Source of the DNA: Nitrospiraceae bacterium
GTDB taxonomy: Bacteria; Nitrospirota; Nitrospiria; Nitrospirales; Nitrospiraceae
Reading direction: 5' to 3'
DNA length: 64,000 nt
Assembly (NCBI GenBank): GCA_050246315.1
Contig: JBFWWG010000006.1
Span: forward strand, 32,001 to 96,000
Shown: positions 58,237 through 64,000 of the stretch, one piece after another
Position numbering within the stretch: position 1 is the first letter of the stretch
How the letters are laid out: each line of letters opens with the position of its first letter
Translations under genes and position numbers: made by a program
Notes under the pieces: generated by a model
Database searches by the model: none
What the model was told of the DNA's origin: nothing
The model's input: only the letters and a program-made list of their open reading frames with translations

Positions 58237-58358
58237 GAGAGGGTCGAGAATTAGGGTCACACGAGAATTAGGGTCAGGTCTTGTAATCATGCAACGCGCC
58301 AGAGTAGCGTCCCGGCATGGCTCGGTCGCTCCGTCTTGAATTTCCTCACGCCCTGTAG
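58237..58358 (+). pseudogene. RAYT/Y1 transposase 5' remnant with GGGTCA repeats
   Basis: Two CGAGAATTAGGGTCA copies, GGGTCAGGTCTTG, then ATG 58317 'MARSLRLEFPHAL*' resembling the RAYT N-terminus MARPLRIEF..ALYH. Confidence 0.6.
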
Positions 58359-58420
58359 AGAATGAGCCGGGCTATTTTTCTTTTGTCTTCTCACCCCGAA
58401 GCCCGCAGCACGCCCGACGG

Positions 58421-59026
58421 CTACAGATAGCGGTGCGAGAGCACGCCGCCCGCTGAATCAAACTCATAGAGCAGCGGGGCGCCGGTGGGAATGTTCAATT
58501 CCAGGACCTGCTCCGGCGTGAGCCGGTCGAGGTGCATGACCAGGGCGCGCAGACTGTTGCCGTGCGCAGCGATGATGACGGACCGTCCCGCGGTGATGTG
58601 CGGCCTGATGTTGGTTTCATAATAGGGCAATACCCGCTCGGCCGTATCCTTCAAACTTTCCCCGCCCGGCGGTTTGATATCGAAACTCCGGCGCCAGATC
58701 TTCACCTGCTGGTCGCCGAACTTCTGTGCCGTCTCCGCCTTGTTGAGGCCTTGCAGATCGCCGTAATGCCGCTCGTTCAAGGCCTGGTCTTGATGGGTCG
58801 GAATCCCGGTCTGGTTCAGCTCGCGCAACACGATCGCAAGCGTATCCTGGGCACGCTTAAGCGCCGAGACGAAGGCGACGTCGAAGCGGTATCCTTTGAG
58901 CTTCGCCCCGGCTTTCTTCGCCTCTTCCTCGCCGCGTGGGGAGAGGGGCACATCCACCCATCCGGTAAACCGATTCTCCAAATTCCACTGCGACTCGCCG
59001 TGCCGGATCAATACCGCTATGCCCAT
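58421..59026 (-). CDS. gpmA: 2,3-bisphosphoglycerate-dependent phosphoglycerate mutase
   Basis: '[16 protein letters not shown]', '[11 protein letters not shown]', 'WRRS', 'AHGNSLR'. Confidence 0.95.
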   Translation of the reverse strand: MGIAVLIRHGESQWNLENRFTGWVDVPLSPRGEEEAKKAGAKLKGYRFDVAFVSALKRAQDTLAIVLRELNQTGIPTHQDQALNERHYGDLQGLNKAETAQKFGDQQVKIWRRSFDIKPPGGESLKDTAERVLPYYETNIRPHITAGRSVIIAAHGNSLRALVMHLDRLTPEQVLELNIPTGAPLLYEFDSAGGVLSHRYL

Positions 59027-59283
59027 GATCGATTGCCTCCGCTGCGTAAAAATGTGTCCCTGCTCAAGAGGCTGACACCTCAGCGCAGACACGGTGAACA
59101 ATGCCAGCTCCCAGGCTCCCGCCTATTCGGTAGCGCCGGGAGCGGGAGGCATCGTGCCCGAGCCGAGCCTACCTTGCAATCCCCCCTTTCGGCCAGTACG
59201 ATGCGGACCGTTCCGTCGGGCAGCAGGCTCTTCGTGAACGCTGTTGCCGGCCGTCGCACATCGACCAGTTCCGTGCCCTCGCC

Positions 59284-60168
59284 ATGAAACAGGAACAGCC
59301 CGCATCCGGCTTGCCCGAAGAGTCCCCGTTGCAATGGGCGACGCACTCCCCGTTACTGGCCTCGTGGTGGAATAGCCTGGCCGAACGCCTGGGCGTCGGC
59401 GAGCGGTGCGACGCGTTCTTTCAACGGGCGATCGCGCAAAACAGCCTGAACCGGGTGGAGCAGCTCGGCGGACAGGTCGATTACTTGTTGTTTGTGCTGG
59501 TGCGCTATTGGCTGCCGGTGGTGCTTCCCCCTTCCGGACGCGAACGGCTCTCGAAGGGCGATCTCGACTATTGGCTGGAGTCCGAGCAGATTCTGAAGAC
59601 GGCTGTCGTACGATTGCGCGAACTCAAGCCGCTGATCGAGCTCTTGACGGCGCAGAACCCGCTCGACACCCCGCCTTCGGACAGGGTCGAATCAAGGCAG
59701 CCCGCCGTCGAAGTGGACTTGGCGCGCATGTTGGAGGGCATCGCCGAAGCGGCCGGCAGCTATGGCGGCCCGGACTACACCTCCGTCATCAAGCAATTCG
59801 ACCCAGTCCCGCTTCGCCAAAGCCAACCCTTCAAGCACAATAAGAAGCACAGCGCGGAGCTCTGGGTGGTGTTTTTGCTGCGCGAGCACCTACGCTCGCT
59901 GGGACTCGGCAAAGATCGGTATTGGCCGGTCGTCGCGGAGGTCTGCGCATCGGCCGGGATCACACAGCCCACCGGCCAACCCTACGGCGCCGACGACCTC
60001 AAGTCTTGGTGGCAAAAGAACTGGCCGCGGACCTACACCCAGTTGGAGAAAGGTCAAGGGACGGCTGATCTGACGGGCGCCGCCTATCAACACGACTCTG
60101 CCTGGTTTCAGGCCTGGATCGCGTGGCAGCGAGCGCGCTATCCGCTCGCCTCTGGGCGCCACGTGTGA
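59284..60168 (+). CDS. Hypothetical protein
   Basis: 294 aa, Trp-rich, no recognised motif. Confidence 0.65.
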   Translation: MKQEQPASGLPEESPLQWATHSPLLASWWNSLAERLGVGERCDAFFQRAIAQNSLNRVEQLGGQVDYLLFVLVRYWLPVVLPPSGRERLSKGDLDYWLESEQILKTAVVRLRELKPLIELLTAQNPLDTPPSDRVESRQPAVEVDLARMLEGIAEAAGSYGGPDYTSVIKQFDPVPLRQSQPFKHNKKHSAELWVVFLLREHLRSLGLGKDRYWPVVAEVCASAGITQPTGQPYGADDLKSWWQKNWPRTYTQLEKGQGTADLTGAAYQHDSAWFQAWIAWQRARYPLASGRHV

Positions 60169-60845
60169 TCGGAGTCCTGGCCGCTCAAGGTCGGAAAGGT
60201 AGAAACCTGACGTGCAGGTGTTCCGGAGGGTCTGGGAGTCAGGGGCCCGCCTTCACCGGCCCGCCCTTGCTGCAACATGAACAACACCAAGATGAACTTC
60301 AACACAAGCAGACCGACGCCCACCCACACGACATAGGCCTGAACGCCGCCCGCATCGCGGATCAATCGGTCGCGCAGCGCGTTGTCGAACCCCGACTGTC
60401 GCCTGATATCGGCCAACTGTTCTTTGATGTGCCAGAAGTAGAGATAATTCGCGCTGGCGCCCGCCATGATCCGCCAAACCAGGTCGGCGGACCAATCCTG
60501 CGTAAAATAGAATGCGAGCACCGGCCCGATCGCATAGACCAAGGCGTACAGATACATCTTTCTGTAAAGGAACCAGAGAAACGGCTCGAAGACAAACGCC
60601 GGCCAGTTCCAGGTCAGGGCGAATTTCGGACCTGCGGGAGCGGTAAACTTGGTGAACTTCTGCAGATAGTGGTCGGCCTTGAGCCCGATGAACTGCCTCC
60701 AGACCTGCTCTTGCTCTGCCAGGGCAGAATCGGAAGCCGCAGCCGTCGGAGCGGCCGGTGCCGGACCGTCGAGCCCCGTACCACACTGGCTGCAAAACTT
60801 GGCCTCGACGGCGTTCTGGTTTCCGCATTGAGGACAGGGGCCCAT
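60138..60845 (-). CDS. Zinc-ribbon / DUF2628-like membrane protein
   Basis: CxxC...FCxxCG; 'TWNWPAF', 'WFLYRKMY', 'ANYLY'. Confidence 0.8.
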   Translation of the reverse strand: MGPCPQCGNQNAVEAKFCSQCGTGLDGPAPAAPTAAASDSALAEQEQVWRQFIGLKADHYLQKFTKFTAPAGPKFALTWNWPAFVFEPFLWFLYRKMYLYALVYAIGPVLAFYFTQDWSADLVWRIMAGASANYLYFWHIKEQLADIRRQSGFDNALRDRLIRDAGGVQAYVVWVGVGLLVLKFILVLFMLQQGRAGEGGPLTPRPSGTPARQVSTFPTLSGQDSDHTWRPEASG

Positions 60846-61063
60846 CTCGTGAGCTTATAACATAGCCCCGGTGGGCTCTCAAGAAACGCGGCCTCGGTGA
60901 ATGGCCGCAGCGACCTCGCCGCGTGCCGTTTGTCGTCGCGCCGGCATCATTGCTTTCACCAGATTCCTATGCTACCGTTCGCCTCTTCTCATGGCCGCTC
61001 GGTCTGGTGGGTGATCAGACGAGCGCACGGCACCGGGTCACAGATAAAGGATCGCCACAGCCC

Positions 61064-62272
61064 ATGTTGACGGAAGAAGTCCGGCGCGAAGCCGATCAGT
61101 ATCTGATGAACACGTACGCGCGGCTGCCGTTGTCCATCGCGCGCGGGCGCGGCGCGAAAGTCTACGATCTGGAAGGGCGCGAGTATATCGACTTCGTTGG
61201 AGGCATCGCCGTCAATCTGCTCGGACATGGTCATTCCGACCTCGTACTGGCCGTTCAACGGCAGGCCGTCCAGCTCATCCACGCCTCCAACCTGTATTAC
61301 ACCGTGCCTCAGGTGAAACTTGCCAGAGCCCTCGTCGAGCACTCCTTCGCCGATAAGGTCTTTTTCTGCAACAGCGGCGCGGAAGCGAACGAAGCGGCGA
61401 TCAAGCTGGCTCGCCGGTACGCCCACGATAAACACGGCGCGGGTCGATTCCAGATCATTACGATGAAGAACTCGTTTCACGGCCGCACGCTTGCGACCCT
61501 GACGGCGACCGGACAGGAAAAAGTTCAGAAGGGCTTCGAGCCGCTGGTGCCGGGATTCACCTACGTCCCCTTTAACGATCTGGGGGCGCTGCAGCAGGCG
61601 CTCTCCGACCAGACCGCGGCGATCATGCTGGAACCGATTCAGGCGGAAGGCGGTGTGCATGTCGCTCACCAGGCCTATCTTGCCCGTCTCCGGGAACTCT
61701 GCCGGGAGCGGGATATCCTGTTGATCTTCGACGAAGTGCAGACCGGGATGGGTCGGACCGGCACCCTCTTCGCCTACGAACAGTTGGGAGTCCAGCCGGA
61801 TATCATGACCTTGGCGAAGGGTCTGGGGGGCGGCGTCCCTATCGGCGCCTGCTTGGCTACCAATACGGTTGCGAAAGCGTTCACACCCGGCTCCCATGCC
61901 TCGACCTTTGGAGGCAACCCCTTGGCCTGTACGGCGGGGCTGATCGTCATGCAAGTGCTCTTGGAAGGCCGGCTGCTGGAGCAGGCCAAGCGCATGGGAG
62001 AGTATCTGGCCAAAGGCCTTGAGGACTGTAAGGACCGCCAACCGAGCGTGAAGGAGGTGCGAGGACTGGGCCTCCTTCAGGGAATGGAACTCACCGTGGA
62101 TGGGAAGGGAGTGGTGGAGAAGGCCTTGTCGAGAGGGTTGCTCCTCAATTGCACGATGGACCGGGTGCTCCGATTCGTTCCACCGCTGGTCATCACGCAG
62201 GCCGAGATCGATCGCCTGATCGAGGTCCTGCCTCAGCTCATTCCGACTTCGTCACAGACCGGTCACCACTAA
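61064..62272 (+). CDS. argD: Acetylornithine aminotransferase
   Basis: 'NSGAEANE', 'FHGRT', 'DEVQTG.GRTG', 'AKGLGGG', 'STFGGNP'. Confidence 0.95.
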   Translation: MLTEEVRREADQYLMNTYARLPLSIARGRGAKVYDLEGREYIDFVGGIAVNLLGHGHSDLVLAVQRQAVQLIHASNLYYTVPQVKLARALVEHSFADKVFFCNSGAEANEAAIKLARRYAHDKHGAGRFQIITMKNSFHGRTLATLTATGQEKVQKGFEPLVPGFTYVPFNDLGALQQALSDQTAAIMLEPIQAEGGVHVAHQAYLARLRELCRERDILLIFDEVQTGMGRTGTLFAYEQLGVQPDIMTLAKGLGGGVPIGACLATNTVAKAFTPGSHASTFGGNPLACTAGLIVMQVLLEGRLLEQAKRMGEYLAKGLEDCKDRQPSVKEVRGLGLLQGMELTVDGKGVVEKALSRGLLLNCTMDRVLRFVPPLVITQAEIDRLIEVLPQLIPTSSQTGHH

Positions 62273-62301
62273 CCAAACCCGATACCCGGACGACAGTCTC
62301 C

Positions 62302-63291
62302 ATGGCTCGGTCGGCTCGCACAGCAGGTCGGACTTCTCCCCTTCGGACGATCCAGAAAGACCTGCTGTCGCTCGCGTCGGTGCCCCGCGACCACGTACAG
62401 GCGCTGCTTTCGCTCGCGGCCACACTCAAGAACATGCAGCGACGGGGACGGCCTCACGCCTGGCTGGCCGGACGCACGATCGGCCTGCTGTTTCAGAAGG
62501 CCTCGACCCGCACGAGGGTGTCGTTTGAAGTCGGCATGAATCAGTTAGGCGGCCAAGCTCTATTCCTGCCGATCGGAGACATTCAATTGTCGCGTGGCGA
62601 AAGCATCGCGGATACGGCACGGGTGCTGTCCCGCTATCTGGACGGCTTGGTCATCCGCACGTACGATCAGGCCATCGTCGAAGAATGGGCTCGCGAAGCG
62701 ACCGTGCCGGTCATCAACGGCCTGACCGATTTGCACCATCCCTGCCAGGCCCTGTCCGACCTCCTGACGATTCAAGAAAAAAAGGGGCGCCTCAAGGGGC
62801 TGCGCCTCGCCTACGTGGGAGATGGGAACAACATGACCAACTCGCTGATCGAAGCCGCCGTCAAGGTGGGCATGTCCGTAAGTTGTGGCTGCCCCAAGGG
62901 GTATCAACCGGACTCCCCCGTGGTCGAGCAAGCCCGTCAGGAAGCGGCCAAGACCGGATCGGTGATCGAATTGTCGGATGATCCGGAAGTCGCAGCCAAG
63001 GATGCGGACGTGGTCTATACCGATGTGTGGATCAGCATGGGGCAGGAACGGGAGCAGGCCCGCCGGCTCAAGGCCTTCAGCGCCTATCAAGTCAACGAAC
63101 GGCTGATGAAACGGGCGAGACCGGACGCCATCGTCATGCACTGCCTCCCGGCGCACCGCGGCGAGGAAATCAGCGCCAAGGTGCTGGACGGGCCGCAATC
63201 CGTCGTACTGGACCAGGCCGAAAATCGGCTGCACATGCAGAAGGCGATTCTCGTGGAACTTGTTCGGCCCCAGGGACGCCCCCAGACATGA
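62302..63291 (+). CDS. argF: Ornithine carbamoyltransferase
   Basis: 'STRTR', 'HPCQ', 'SMG', 'HCLP', 'AENR'. Confidence 0.96.
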   Translation: MARSARTAGRTSPLRTIQKDLLSLASVPRDHVQALLSLAATLKNMQRRGRPHAWLAGRTIGLLFQKASTRTRVSFEVGMNQLGGQALFLPIGDIQLSRGESIADTARVLSRYLDGLVIRTYDQAIVEEWAREATVPVINGLTDLHHPCQALSDLLTIQEKKGRLKGLRLAYVGDGNNMTNSLIEAAVKVGMSVSCGCPKGYQPDSPVVEQARQEAAKTGSVIELSDDPEVAAKDADVVYTDVWISMGQEREQARRLKAFSAYQVNERLMKRARPDAIVMHCLPAHRGEEISAKVLDGPQSVVLDQAENRLHMQKAILVELVRPQGRPQT

Positions 63292-63305
63292 GAGAGCACC
63301 GAAGG

Positions 63306-64000
63306 ATGAAATCGACAACATTGAAGAAAGTGGTGCTTGCCTATTCCGGCGGGTTGGATACGTCCGTCATTCTGAAATGGCTGCAGGAGACGTATGGGTG
63401 CGAAGTCATCGCGTTCTGCGCCGATCTCGGGCAAGGCGAGGATCTCAAAGCCATTAAGGCCAAGGCCACCGCGTTGGGCGTTCGCAAAGTCTATGTCGAG
63501 GACCTCCGCGAGGTTTTCGTCAAGGACCACATCTTCCCTATGCTGCGGGGCAACGCGGTCTATGAAGGCAGCTACCTGCTCGGGACCTCGATTGCGCGCC
63601 CATTGATCGCCAAGCGCCAAGTGGAGATCGCCGTCAAGGAAGGGGCGGAGGCGGTCTCGCACGGGGCGACGGGCAAGGGCAACGACCAAGTCCGGTTCGA
63701 ACTGACCTACCTGGCCATCGCGCCGTCGGTGAAGATCATCGCTCCCTGGCGCGAATGGTCGTTCAAATCCCGACGCGAACTCATCGACTATGCCGAGAAG
63801 CACGGCATCCCGGTGACGGCTACCAAGGCGAAACCTTATAGTATGGACATGAACCTCTTTCACATCAGTTATGAAGGGGGCATTCTGGAAGATCCCTGGG
63901 AGGCGCCGCCGGAGGAGATGTTCCAGCTCACGATCTCGCCGGAGCGGGCGCCGGACAAACCGCGGATCGTGGAGATCGAGTATGAGCAGGGGAACCCGGT
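63306..64000 (+). CDS. argG: Argininosuccinate synthase (runs off the window edge)
   Basis: ATG 63306 '[20 protein letters not shown]', '[14 protein letters not shown]'. Confidence 0.95.
   Translation, partial: MKSTTLKKVVLAYSGGLDTSVILKWLQETYGCEVIAFCADLGQGEDLKAIKAKATALGVRKVYVEDLREVFVKDHIFPMLRGNAVYEGSYLLGTSIARPLIAKRQVEIAVKEGAEAVSHGATGKGNDQVRFELTYLAIAPSVKIIAPWREWSFKSRRELIDYAEKHGIPVTATKAKPYSMDMNLFHISYEGGILEDPWEAPPEEMFQLTISPERAPDKPRIVEIEYEQGNP

Overview
GC-rich bacterial chromosomal window. Gene content and order suggest Nitrospirota (Nitrospira-like); this is inference only. Left to right: two type II toxin-antitoxin modules (RelE/ParE-like, VapBC); a 9-kb signalling cluster (two REC-PAS-only paralogues, TonB-dependent receptor, ABC-type binding protein, HAMP-GAF histidine kinase); a 2OG-Fe(II) oxygenase; core genes lolA-ftsK-rsmA-pdxA; larC/larB; gpsA; a split ArgZ/AgrE-like pair (amidinotransferase + TIGR00300); truD; an ABC exporter operon; an AttH-BNR-phosphatase operon; pmtA-like; a PstI/BsuBI-type RM locus whose endonuclease is cut off at a TGACCCCAATAGA array; dapL-folK-panC; rmuC; ABC-F; gpmA; argD-argF-argG (partial). 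Non-coding DNA holds three MITE-like elements, a RAYT transposase stub, a triple palindromic repeat and recurring paired heptamer arrays. I found no rRNA, tRNA or CRISPR array. Best candidates for an undescribed system: the receptor/binding-protein/kinase/output-less REC-PAS cluster with its repeats, and the split arginine dihydrolase/cyclodeaminase beside nickel-pincer genes. Product calls come from motif recognition, not database searches, and many starts are my adjustments of the ORF track.
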